Source of the DNA: Bryobacteraceae bacterium
Lineage (GTDB): Bacteria > Acidobacteriota > Terriglobia > Bryobacterales > Bryobacteraceae
NCBI GenBank assembly: GCA_049969655.1
Contig: JBMFOK010000002.1
Coordinates: 112,891 to 176,890, forward strand
DNA: 64,000 nt
Direction: 5' to 3'
Positions 33,181 to 41,509 of this stretch are shown here, piece after piece (within the stretch, counting starts at the first letter, position 1; every line of letters starts with the position of its first letter). The notes under the pieces were generated by a model. That model saw only the letters and a program-made list of their open reading frames with translations, was not told where the DNA came from and did not search any database. The position numbers and the translations under genes were made by a program.

Positions 33181-34110
33181 ATGGCGTCAATCCTGCGCGC
33201 GATGAAGATCCTTGCCGACCCCACCCGGGTCCGCATCGTGCGCCTCCTTGCCCGCGAAGAACTCGCTGTGGCGGAATTGCAGGAGATCCTCGCCCTCGGG
33301 CAGAGCACGCTGAGTTCGCACCTCGCGCAACTCCGCCAGGCCGGCCTCGTCGAGGACCGCAAGGCGGGCAAGAACGTCCGCTACAGCCTGCGCCGGCCGA
33401 TGCCCGCTCCGCTGGAGGCGGCCCTGGAGGCGGCCGCCGGCGAGCTGCCGGAAACCGCGCGCGACGCCGAGATGCTCGCGCTAATCCTGGAAAAAAGACG
33501 CGAAAAGACGCGCGCATTTTTCGACGAACTGGCAGGAAAATTCGGCCGCCACCGGATGCCCGGCCGCTCCTGGCGGGCCGTGGCCGAAGCGGTGCTGGCG
33601 CTGCTGCCGCCGCTGGACGTAGCCGACCTCGGCGCCGGCGAGGGGGCGGTGGCTTTCCTGCTGGCGCGCCGCGCCAGCCACGTCATCGCCGTCGACAGCT
33701 CTCCGCAGATGGTCGAATACGGCCGGCGTCTCGCCGCCGAGCGTGGCGTCGCCAACGTGGAATACCGGCTCGGGGATCTCGAATCGCTCCCCATCGAAGA
33801 CGCTTCGCTCGACGCCGCCGTCTTCTCGCAGTCCCTCCATCACGCCCAGCACCCGGAGCGCGCCATCGCCGAAGCACGCCGCGTCCTGCGGCCCGGCGGC
33901 CGCCTCGTCGTCGTGGACCTCAACCGCCACAACCGGGAAGAGGCGCGCGAGCTGTACGCCGACGAATGGCTCGGATTCACCGAAGTAGAACTGCGTGGAT
34001 TTCTCCGCCGTGCGGGCTTTGATGCCATTGAAACCTCCCTCATCTGGCGGGACGAGCAGCCGCCTCACTTCGAAACCGTCTTCGCCACCGCGGTCCGGCC
34101 GCCCAATTGA
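33181..34110 (+). CDS. ArsR-family winged-helix regulator fused to a SAM-dependent methyltransferase-like domain (SahR-like)
   Basis: N-terminus [48 protein letters not shown] is an ArsR HTH. The C-terminal half has DLGAGEG (SAM motif I) and [10 protein letters not shown]. Divergent from ahcY. Confidence 0.8.
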   Translation: MASILRAMKILADPTRVRIVRLLAREELAVAELQEILALGQSTLSSHLAQLRQAGLVEDRKAGKNVRYSLRRPMPAPLEAALEAAAGELPETARDAEMLALILEKRREKTRAFFDELAGKFGRHRMPGRSWRAVAEAVLALLPPLDVADLGAGEGAVAFLLARRASHVIAVDSSPQMVEYGRRLAAERGVANVEYRLGDLESLPIEDASLDAAVFSQSLHHAQHPERAIAEARRVLRPGGRLVVVDLNRHNREEARELYADEWLGFTEVELRGFLRRAGFDAIETSLIWRDEQPPHFETVFATAVRPPN

Positions 34111-34291
34111 ACGCACGTCCCGCCGCTCACGAAGCTGTCACGCCCTTCAAAGCCGCGACCGGAGCCTGCGTATCAGGGCGGGGGGAAGGAGCGGTTGGCG
34201 CCGGCGGCAGAGCAGGTTCAGACGATGCTCTGCGTGTTTCGCTTGCGGCCTGGGCGGGGGCGAGAGGGGGCAGACCCGGCCGGCTTTCAGG

Positions 34292-35605
34292 CTAGAACAG
34301 GGCCCGAACCACTTCGCCCTCTTTGAGGCCTTCGAGGATGGCCGTCTGGGTGCCGTTGGTCAGGCCGATCTTCACGGCCCGCTTCTCGAAGCCCTTGTCG
34401 GTGCGCACATAGACGTAGTGTTGGCCATTCTGCCTGCCGACGGCGGCGGCGGGCACCAGGAGGACGTTGTCCTGTCTGTCAATGAGGACGTTGGCGAAGG
34501 CCGACAGGTCGGGGACGACGCGCCGGTCGGGGTTCTTGATGACGACCTTCACCGGGATGTTCCGGATGTAGTAATTCTCCCGGCGGCTGCCGACGGCAAT
34601 GGCGCCGATGGAATGAAGTTCGCCCTGGTAAGAGGCTTCCGGAAACGCATCCAGTCCAATAATGGCCGGCTGGCCGATGCGCAACCGCGTCACCTCGGCC
34701 TGGTTCACCGTGCCCTCGACGACCATCTTTTCCGGGTTGATGATCTTCATCACCGGCTGCCCGGGGCCCATGCGGTCGCCTACGGCGACGGTCACCTGGT
34801 CGCCGCCGGGGCGGAACATGGTCTGGAGGACGACCATGCCGGCGATCGGAGCGCGGACGACGAGCTTTTTCAGGTCGTTTTCATGGCGCTCGACGTGCAG
34901 CTCCTCCATCTTCATCGCGATTTCGGCGGCGCGGAGATCGGCGGCGAGCGACTGGCGGGTGAGTTCCACTTCCTGGAGCATCTCCTTGTAGGCCGCCTGG
35001 GCCTCTTCCAGGGCCAGCTTCAGCAGCTCGCGGTCGATGTCGGTGCGCACTTCCAGGGTCTTGTAGTCCAGCGCGGCCTTGTCCACCGCTGCCTTGGCCA
35101 CGCGCAGCGACTGGCGCAGGTTTTCCATCTGGAGTTCGTTGTTGACCTTGCGCTTGGCCACATCGTTCTGCCGGTCCCGAAGGCCGTCGATGGTATCGTC
35201 GAGATGGTCCTTCAGACTTTGCGGATCGAACTCGAGCACCACATCGCCCGGCTGGACCATCGTTCCCGGCGCGGCCAGCTTCAGGATGATCATCGGACCG
35301 GCCTCAGGCCCGCGCAACATCGGTGCGGTAATGTTGACGAAGTCCTGCGCCGCCGTCGTTCCGGCGATCCGCAGCCGCACCTCGAGGTTGCCGCGCTCGA
35401 CCGTGGCGGTCCGCGTGACCGCCAGGACCTCCCGGGCGGCGCCCGCCCGCTTTGCCGTCTGGAGGTACACAAGGGCGCTGCCGCCCGCCACAACGAGCAG
35501 CAGCAGGATGATCAGAGGGCGCACCAGCGACGGGCGTCGCGGCGGCGCGACGGCAGGTTCCTGGCCGGGGGCGGGCTGGGGCACGGGATGGGTCATCGCC
35601 GGCAT
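34292..35605 (-). CDS. HlyD-family periplasmic adaptor (membrane fusion protein)
   Basis: N-terminal TM LIILLLLVVAGGSALV, a long coiled-coil (LRQSLRVAKAAVDKAALDYKTLE...) and a lipoyl/beta-barrel region (VRAPIAGMVV). Start MPAMTHP at 35605. Confidence 0.8.
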   Translation of the reverse strand: MPAMTHPVPQPAPGQEPAVAPPRRPSLVRPLIILLLLVVAGGSALVYLQTAKRAGAAREVLAVTRTATVERGNLEVRLRIAGTTAAQDFVNITAPMLRGPEAGPMIILKLAAPGTMVQPGDVVLEFDPQSLKDHLDDTIDGLRDRQNDVAKRKVNNELQMENLRQSLRVAKAAVDKAALDYKTLEVRTDIDRELLKLALEEAQAAYKEMLQEVELTRQSLAADLRAAEIAMKMEELHVERHENDLKKLVVRAPIAGMVVLQTMFRPGGDQVTVAVGDRMGPGQPVMKIINPEKMVVEGTVNQAEVTRLRIGQPAIIGLDAFPEASYQGELHSIGAIAVGSRRENYYIRNIPVKVVIKNPDRRVVPDLSAFANVLIDRQDNVLLVPAAAVGRQNGQHYVYVRTDKGFEKRAVKIGLTNGTQTAILEGLKEGEVVRALF

Positions 35606-35699
35606 GGAGACACGGGAATCCTTTCTCTCAGTCTTGGACGTGCCTTCAAGCGGAAAGGCGCAACCAGAAGCCGCTCCGGTTACCCGGAACGTCCCACCA

Positions 35700-36677
35700 T
35701 CAGCTCCGGCGGCGGTTTTTCTCGAACTGCCAGGCGGAGGCAACCATCTCTTCCAGGGATTCGTATTGCGGTTTCCAGCCCAGTGTTTTCTTGAGCTTTG
35801 AGCTGTCTGCCACCAGCACGGCCGCGTCGCCTTCCCGGCGCGGGCCAAAGCGGAAGGGCACGGGGCGGCCGGTGGCGCGCTCGGCGGCGCGGATCACCTC
35901 AAGCACCGTATGGCCCTGCCCGGTTCCGGCGTTAAAAACCTCCGTGGCGCCACCCTGCATCAGATAGTCGAGCGCGCGCAGGTGAGCGGCCGCCAGGTCG
36001 GCGACATGGATGTAGTCGCGGATACAGGTGCCGTCCGGGGTGGGGTAGTCATCGCCGTAGACGGTGAGCGGCTCGCCCGTGAGGACCGCGCGCAGAATCA
36101 GAGGAATCAGGTGAGTTTCCGGCTGGTGCTCCTCTCCGATTCCGTATCGTGGCTCGGCGCCGCAGGCGTTGAAGTACCGCAGGCTGACCGAACGCAGCCC
36201 CGAGGTCCGATCGAGCCATTCCAGCACGTTTTCCACCATTCGCTTGGACTCCCCGTATGGGCTTTTCGGCCGCAGGGGAGCGTGTTCGGGGATGGGCGTC
36301 GTGTCCGGATCTCCGTAAACGGCCGCCGTCGAACTGAACACGAGCTGCCGAACGCCGTGGCGGCGCATCACCTCGAACAGGGCCAGCGAGCCGCCCACGT
36401 TGTTGCGGAAATAGCGCTCCGCTTCGCGCATGCTCTCGCCGACGGCGATGAGGGCGGCAAAGTGAATGACAGCGTCGAAACGGTGGCGGGCGAAGAGTGC
36501 ATCGAGCGCCGCCACGTCGTGCAGGTTGACGATGTTCAGCCGCCCTTTCGGCACGTTGTGCGCGTAGCCCTTGCTCAGGTCGTCGGCCACCTGCACGTCG
36601 TGGCCCTCTTCCAGCAGCAGCCGGGCCGTGTGAGCGCCGATGTAACCGGCGCCTCCGGTGACGAGGATCGATGCCAT
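35700..36677 (-). CDS. galE: UDP-glucose 4-epimerase
   Basis: MASILVTGGAGYIGAH..., the catalytic-region motif SPYGESK, and overall SDR-extended GalE similarity. Confidence 0.9.
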   Translation of the reverse strand: MASILVTGGAGYIGAHTARLLLEEGHDVQVADDLSKGYAHNVPKGRLNIVNLHDVAALDALFARHRFDAVIHFAALIAVGESMREAERYFRNNVGGSLALFEVMRRHGVRQLVFSSTAAVYGDPDTTPIPEHAPLRPKSPYGESKRMVENVLEWLDRTSGLRSVSLRYFNACGAEPRYGIGEEHQPETHLIPLILRAVLTGEPLTVYGDDYPTPDGTCIRDYIHVADLAAAHLRALDYLMQGGATEVFNAGTGQGHTVLEVIRAAERATGRPVPFRFGPRREGDAAVLVADSSKLKKTLGWKPQYESLEEMVASAWQFEKNRRRS

Positions 36678-36686
36678 CGCAACGAA

Positions 36687-36722
36687 TGAAAAAGGGGCGG
36701 CAACCGTCCGGGCCGCCGCCCC
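36687..36722 (-). terminator. Rho-independent terminator after the glutathione peroxidase gene
   Basis: Minus strand: AGGGGCGGC-ggcccggacggtt-GCCGCCCCT followed by TTTTTC. The T-run ends 9 nt before the galE ATG. Confidence 0.75.
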
Positions 36723-36761
36723 TTCAAGGTATCAGATGGCCGCGCCTGCGGTCAGCGGGAG

Positions 36762-37289
36762 TCAGAGAGCCTTTTCGATGGCCGCGATCAGCTCCGGCGA
36801 ATCCGGGGCCACGTTGGGCTCGAACCGCGCGATCACCCTGCCGTCCTTGCCCACCAGGAACTTCGTGAAGTTCCACCGGACATCGCCGCCCGTGGCCGAG
36901 GTCAGGTACCTGTAGAGCGGAACCATGTCCGCGCCCTTCACGCTGACCTTGGACATCATCGGGAAGGTGACGTCGTAGTTGCGCTTGCAGAATTCCCTGA
37001 TTTCCGCTTCGGTGCCCGGCTCCTGCCCGCCGAAGTTGTTGGCGGGCACGCCAAGGATGACGAAGCCGCGGTCCTTGTACTTGCGGTAGAGCTTTTCGAG
37101 ACCCGCATACTGCGGCGTGTAGCCGCAGCGGCTGGCGACGTTGACGATCAGGACGACCTTGCCCTGATACTGCGAAAGCGGCGCCGGGGCTCCGTCGATC
37201 GTCTTCAGCGTGAACTCGTAAATGGAAGAGGCGGCGAATGCGGCCATGGCCATGAGGAGCGCTCCTGTCAGCAGAAATTGTCGCGTCAT
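36762..37289 (-). CDS. Glutathione peroxidase (Cys-type) with N-terminal signal-like segment
   Basis: VVLIVNVASRCGYTPQY, FVILGVPANNFGGQEPG and RWNFTKFLV are canonical GPx blocks. The active site is Cys with no in-frame TGA. Confidence 0.9.
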   Translation of the reverse strand: MTRQFLLTGALLMAMAAFAASSIYEFTLKTIDGAPAPLSQYQGKVVLIVNVASRCGYTPQYAGLEKLYRKYKDRGFVILGVPANNFGGQEPGTEAEIREFCKRNYDVTFPMMSKVSVKGADMVPLYRYLTSATGGDVRWNFTKFLVGKDGRVIARFEPNVAPDSPELIAAIEKAL

Positions 37290-37353
37290 GCTGTTTCAGA
37301 TGACGCGCGCGCCGGCAGGATGCAGACACAGGCGGGACTTGCGCAGGAGGACC

Positions 37354-37442
37354 TGGTGCCCGGGGCGGGGCTCGAACCCGCACGGCCCTTTCGGGCCAAC
37401 GGATTTTAAGTCCGTTGCGTCTGCCAGTTTCGCCACCCGGGC
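37354..37442 (-). tRNA. tRNA-Leu (anticodon TAA), CCA encoded
   Basis: Minus strand: GCCCGGG TG GCGA... ACGGA CTTAAAA TCCGT, long variable arm TGGCCCGAAAGGGCCGT, GCGGG TTCGAGC CCCGC CCCGGGC A CCA. The 7-bp acceptor stem was checked by hand. Confidence 0.9.
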
Positions 37443-37526
37443 GCGGCCGCGGCAGGCGGGGATCCGCGGCAGGACACTTTCACTGTAGCCCAGGCGCCGC
37501 CGGATGGAAACGGAGAGCACCGCCGG

Positions 37527-38180
37527 TCAGCGCTTTTGCGCCACCAGCCGCACGACGCGGCCGCGCGCCTCGCCGCCGTGGTTTCCCCATTCGGACGGCA
37601 TCGGGCGGTCCTCGTAGCGCAGGATCCGCAGGCGGTCATAGACATGGAGCAGCTGGTTGTCATGGAAGCCGCTGGATACGTCGTGTCCTGCCGATTGGGC
37701 GAGGCCTTCGACGTGGCGGCCCTCAATGACCAGCAGGCCGCCCGGCCTGAGCGCGTCGATGAACTTCCGGGCGGCGCGCACCGCAAGCGGCTCGGTGTAC
37801 AGGCAGAGGATCAGATCGTAGGCAGCGCGCGGCAGGGGCATGGTCTCCACGTCGCCGACGCGCGCGTCGAAATCCACCTTCAACCGCGACGCCTCCTCGC
37901 GGGCGCGCCGGACCGCCGCCTGCGACAGATCGATGCCCGTCACTTTCCAGCCCTTGCGCGCCAGGTAAATGGCGTTGCGGCCGTTGCCCATGCCGGCGTC
38001 GAGCGCCGCGCCGGGCTCGAGGTTGGCGGTGGTCTCCAGCACAAGCGCGCTGGGGTTGACGGGCACGCGCGCGTCCGGGTTCAGGTAAATCTGGTCCCAG
38101 TCCTGCGGGGGACGTCGGCGGGACTGCGCGTGGACGGAGGCGAGCGAGGCGGCCACGCAAAGGGCGATGAAAAACCGCAT
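37527..38180 (-). CDS. Class I SAM-dependent methyltransferase (TehB/TPMT-like) with an apparent N-terminal signal peptide
   Basis: MRFFIALCVAASLASVHA-QS leader, then ALDAGMGNGRNAIYLARKGWKVTGIDLS (SAM motif I) and LRPGGLLVI. Confidence 0.7.
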   Translation of the reverse strand: MRFFIALCVAASLASVHAQSRRRPPQDWDQIYLNPDARVPVNPSALVLETTANLEPGAALDAGMGNGRNAIYLARKGWKVTGIDLSQAAVRRAREEASRLKVDFDARVGDVETMPLPRAAYDLILCLYTEPLAVRAARKFIDALRPGGLLVIEGRHVEGLAQSAGHDVSSGFHDNQLLHVYDRLRILRYEDRPMPSEWGNHGGEARGRVVRLVAQKR

Positions 38181-38183
38181 GCA

Positions 38184-38498
38184 CTACTCCAGGACGATGT
38201 CCGTGAGCCAATAGTTCAGATCGTTGACGTTGACCGTGGCGCGGATGGCGGAGCCCTCCTTCAGCTTTGCGAAGTCCTCCTCACGCGGCACAGGGAACTC
38301 CATGGTCATCGCCTCCATCCAGCCGTCGATCTTTTCGTGCTGGATGGTGGCGATGCGCGCCTCCGGCCGCAGCCGGAGCACCTTGCCGCGGAGCTGATAG
38401 CGCTGTTTCGGCTCCCCGTAATCGAACTTCGGCCCGCGCGGGCCGCTGCACGCGGCCGCGAGTCCGGACATGAGAATGAGCCAGCGACGCCGATGCAT
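38184..38498 (-). CDS. CusF-like periplasmic metal (Cu/Ag)-binding lipoprotein
   Basis: Lipobox-like LMSGLAAAC. IATIQHEKIDGWMEAMTMEFPV resembles the H...I...M.AMTM.F metal-binding motif of CusF-type proteins. Confidence 0.6.
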   Translation of the reverse strand: MHRRRWLILMSGLAAACSGPRGPKFDYGEPKQRYQLRGKVLRLRPEARIATIQHEKIDGWMEAMTMEFPVPREEDFAKLKEGSAIRATVNVNDLNYWLTDIVLE

Positions 38499-38523
38499 GG
38501 TGACGTTTCTCCGCGAATCCATG

Positions 38524-39702
38524 TTACTTGTAGGCGGCGATGCCGGTGAGGCGCTCGCCGATGACGAGGGCGTGGATGTGATCCGTGCCCTCGTAGGTTT
38601 TCACCGTTTCGAGGTTGCACAGGTGGCGCATGATGGGGTAGTCGTCCACGATGCCGTTGGCGCCAAGCAGGTCGCGCGCCAGCCGGGCGCATTCGAGGGC
38701 GATGGCCACGTTGTTGCGCTTGAGCATGGAAATGTGGGCGAAGTCGAGCCGGCCCTGGTCCTTCAGCCGCCCGCAGTGCAACGCCAGCAACTGCCCCTTG
38801 GTGATCTCGGTGGCCATCCAGGCGAGCTTTTCCTGCACGAGCTGGTGGGAGGCGATGGGGCGGTTGTCGAACTGCTTCCTTTCGATCGCGTAGCGCCGCG
38901 CCACCTCCATGCACTCCATCGCCGGGCCGAGCACGCCCCAGCCGATGCCATAGCGCGCCTGCGACAGGCAGGACAGCGCCGCCTTCAGCCCGATGGCGTC
39001 GGGCAGGCGCATCGACTCGGGAATCCGGCAATCGGTAAACGAGAGCGACGAGGTGACCGAGGCGCGCATCGACAGTTTTCCATGGATGTCCGACGTGCGG
39101 TAGCCGGGCGTGCCCTTTTCCACGAGGAACCCGCGGATGCCCTCGGCGGCGCGGGCCCAGACCACAGCCACGTCGGCGGCGCTGCCGTTGGTGATCCAGG
39201 TCTTCTCGCCATTCAGCACCCAGTGGTTGCCGTCGCGCACGGCCGTGGTGGTCATGCCGCCGGGGTTGGAGCCGAAGCCAGGCTCGGTGAGGCCGAAACA
39301 GCCGATGAACTCACCCGTGGCGAGTTTGGGCAGGTACTTTTTCTTCTGCTCCTCGCTTCCATAGGTGAGGATGGGATACATGACGAGCGCGCCCTGGACG
39401 CTGGCGAAGCTGCGCAGGCCGGAGTCGCCGCGCTCGAGCTCCTGCATGATGAGCCCGTATTCCACGTTGCTCATGCCGGCCGCGCCGTAGCCCTCCAGGT
39501 TGGCGCCGAGGAAGCCCATCTCGCCCATCTCGCGGATCAGTTCGGAGGGGAAGCGGCCCTCGTTGTAACAGTCCTTGATGATCGGGATGACGCGGTCCTC
39601 CACCCACTGGCGGGTGGTTTGCCGGACGAGCTTTTCGTCCTCGCTGAGCTGGCTGTCGATGAGCAGGTAGTCGAAACCGTGGTAAGCGGCCATATGTTTC
39701 AT
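38524..39702 (-). CDS. gcdH: Glutaryl-CoA dehydrogenase (acyl-CoA dehydrogenase family)
   Basis: 392 aa. IGCFGLTEPGFGSNPGGM, WITNG and YEGTDHIHALVIGERLTG blocks, with overall GCDH-like length and N-terminus. Confidence 0.8.
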   Translation of the reverse strand: MKHMAAYHGFDYLLIDSQLSEDEKLVRQTTRQWVEDRVIPIIKDCYNEGRFPSELIREMGEMGFLGANLEGYGAAGMSNVEYGLIMQELERGDSGLRSFASVQGALVMYPILTYGSEEQKKKYLPKLATGEFIGCFGLTEPGFGSNPGGMTTTAVRDGNHWVLNGEKTWITNGSAADVAVVWARAAEGIRGFLVEKGTPGYRTSDIHGKLSMRASVTSSLSFTDCRIPESMRLPDAIGLKAALSCLSQARYGIGWGVLGPAMECMEVARRYAIERKQFDNRPIASHQLVQEKLAWMATEITKGQLLALHCGRLKDQGRLDFAHISMLKRNNVAIALECARLARDLLGANGIVDDYPIMRHLCNLETVKTYEGTDHIHALVIGERLTGIAAYK

Positions 39703-39760
39703 GGTAAGCCGCCGAGGAGGGGTGAGAATTCGCCCCGTCGCCGGCCACTTGTATTTCAGG

Positions 39761-41509
39761 ATGCTGGTTGCGCTCCTCCTGCTGCCAGGCCTGTTCAGCG
39801 AGGCTGCGGCGCTGGCCGACCGGGGCTACGAGGCCCTGCGCGCCGGCCGCTATGACGACGCCGTGCAGGCGTTTGAGCAGGCGCTGGAGGCCGACCCCGG
39901 CCTCCGCCACGTGCGCAAGGACCTGGCCTACACCCTGCTGCGCCGCGGAGACCGGGAGCAGGCGCGGCAACAGTTTGACCGGCTGCGGCGCGAAGACCCC
40001 GCCGACGAGACCTCGGCACTCGAATATGCGTTTCTCTGTTATGAGACGCGCCAGGTGCAGGAGGCGCGGCGCGTCTTCCACGGGCTGCGCCTCAGCGCGC
40101 GCGATCCGGCCGTTCGGCGTACCGCCGAAGAGGCATTCGAACGCGTGGACCGTCCCCTGCGGGAGGGGATCGACCAATGGAGCGAAGCCGTGCGCCGGGC
40201 TCCGCAGCAGTGGTCGGCGCACGAGGAGCTGGCCCGCCTGGCCGAAATGCGGGACGAGCTGACGCTGGCGGCCGAACACTATGAGCTGGCCTGGAAGCTG
40301 CGGCCGCAGAAGTACGAGTTGCTGCTCGACATGGCGCGCGTCTGGCGCGAGCTGGGGCGCGAACAACAGGCGCGCGCCGCCCTGGCGACGGCGTGGAGGC
40401 GTGGCTCGACCCGCATCGGCGAACTGGCCCGCGAGATGATGAACGGACACCTGCCGGGTGAGGGCGATCCCGAACTGGCCGTGCCGGCGGCGGGGCCGGA
40501 GGTGGAGGTGGCCGCGGCCGCGCCGCTGCCGCCCTTCGAAATGGGCGAGCGGTCCCTGGCGGCAAGCTTCATTCAGGACGCCTACCGATATTTCCGGCTG
40601 GCCGTGGAAGAGAATCCGCAGGATCCACGCGCCCAATACATGCTGGGCGTTACCGCCAATCTGCTCGGCCGGGACGAAGAGGCGCTGCGGTGGTTCAGCC
40701 GGGCGCGGCGCGCCGGTGACCCGGAGATCGCCGCGCGGGCCCGCGAAGGATATCTGGCGCTGGTTCCGAAGTACAGCCGCTTCACGACCGATGTCTGGGC
40801 GATTCCCATCTATTCCTCCCGCTGGCGAGGCGGGTTTGCCTATGGGCAGGTGAAAGGCCAGTGGCGCCTTCCCGGGCTGCCCGTCTCGCCGTATCTTTCG
40901 CTGCGCTTCATCGGCGACACCGCAGGCAGCCGCGAGTCTGCCCGCGCGGCCCTGCCGCTGTATCTCAGCGAGAAGAGCGTGATCGGCGCGGTGGGACTGT
41001 TTCGCGCCCTTCATCCGACGGCGTTTGTCTGGTTCGAGGCGGGGCGGGCCTTCACCTATGGCGAGCGTCGCTTCTACGAGAGCCGCTCGCGGTGGGACGG
41101 GCGCGGGGGAGTCTCGCTGTTAAAAGGATGGGGCCATCTGCTGAACGGGCGCGGCCGGGGCTGGTTTCACGAGCTGAATGTGGACGGTGTGTATGCATCC
41201 CGGTTCCGCCACAACATGCTGGCCTACGTGCAGAACCGCAGCGGATTCACCCTGCCGGCCACACTGTCGGGCACGCAGGCGCAGATCTATGTTGTGTGGA
41301 ACGTCACCGTGGACCGGAAGGGCGAGTATTGGGGCAATTTCGCCGAAGCGGGCCTGGGGCTTCGCCTCCGCGCGCCCTTTCTGCCTTCGGGGATGACCTG
41401 GCGGGCCGAATTCGTGCGGGGGGCCCATCTGCGCAATGAATTGAACCCGTGGGGACCGAACTACTGGGATTTTCGTACTGGAGTCTGGTATGCGCACACG
41501 CGGTATTAG
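39761..41509 (+). CDS. TPR-repeat protein with C-terminal outer-membrane beta-barrel-like domain (PgaA/BcsC/PelB-like architecture)
   Basis: Signal peptide MLVALLLLPGLFSEAAA. TPR-like helices (YDDAVQAFEQALEADP..., HYELAWKLRP..., RYFRLAVEENPQDP...). The last ~270 aa have alternating beta-strand-like patterns rich in G/Y/W/R and end in an aromatic residue (...GVWYAHTRY). Confidence 0.55.
   Translation: MLVALLLLPGLFSEAAALADRGYEALRAGRYDDAVQAFEQALEADPGLRHVRKDLAYTLLRRGDREQARQQFDRLRREDPADETSALEYAFLCYETRQVQEARRVFHGLRLSARDPAVRRTAEEAFERVDRPLREGIDQWSEAVRRAPQQWSAHEELARLAEMRDELTLAAEHYELAWKLRPQKYELLLDMARVWRELGREQQARAALATAWRRGSTRIGELAREMMNGHLPGEGDPELAVPAAGPEVEVAAAAPLPPFEMGERSLAASFIQDAYRYFRLAVEENPQDPRAQYMLGVTANLLGRDEEALRWFSRARRAGDPEIAARAREGYLALVPKYSRFTTDVWAIPIYSSRWRGGFAYGQVKGQWRLPGLPVSPYLSLRFIGDTAGSRESARAALPLYLSEKSVIGAVGLFRALHPTAFVWFEAGRAFTYGERRFYESRSRWDGRGGVSLLKGWGHLLNGRGRGWFHELNVDGVYASRFRHNMLAYVQNRSGFTLPATLSGTQAQIYVVWNVTVDRKGEYWGNFAEAGLGLRLRAPFLPSGMTWRAEFVRGAHLRNELNPWGPNYWDFRTGVWYAHTRY

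Noticed and set aside
33995-35794. 599-aa plus-strand ORF
   Set aside because: Antisense to the HlyD adaptor, whose TM segment, coiled-coil and barrel are clear.
36762-37289. Selenocysteine recoding in glutathione peroxidase
   Set aside because: The active-site codon encodes Cys (VASRCGYT) and the ORF has no in-frame TGA, so there is no SECIS requirement.
37354-37442. Genomic islands or integrases at the three tRNA genes (also 50237..50310 and 52994..53069)
   Set aside because: No integrase, transposase or phage genes and no duplicated tRNA 3' segments were seen in the flanks. Only the tRNA-Gln flank shows a compositional dip, reported separately as a low-certainty finding.
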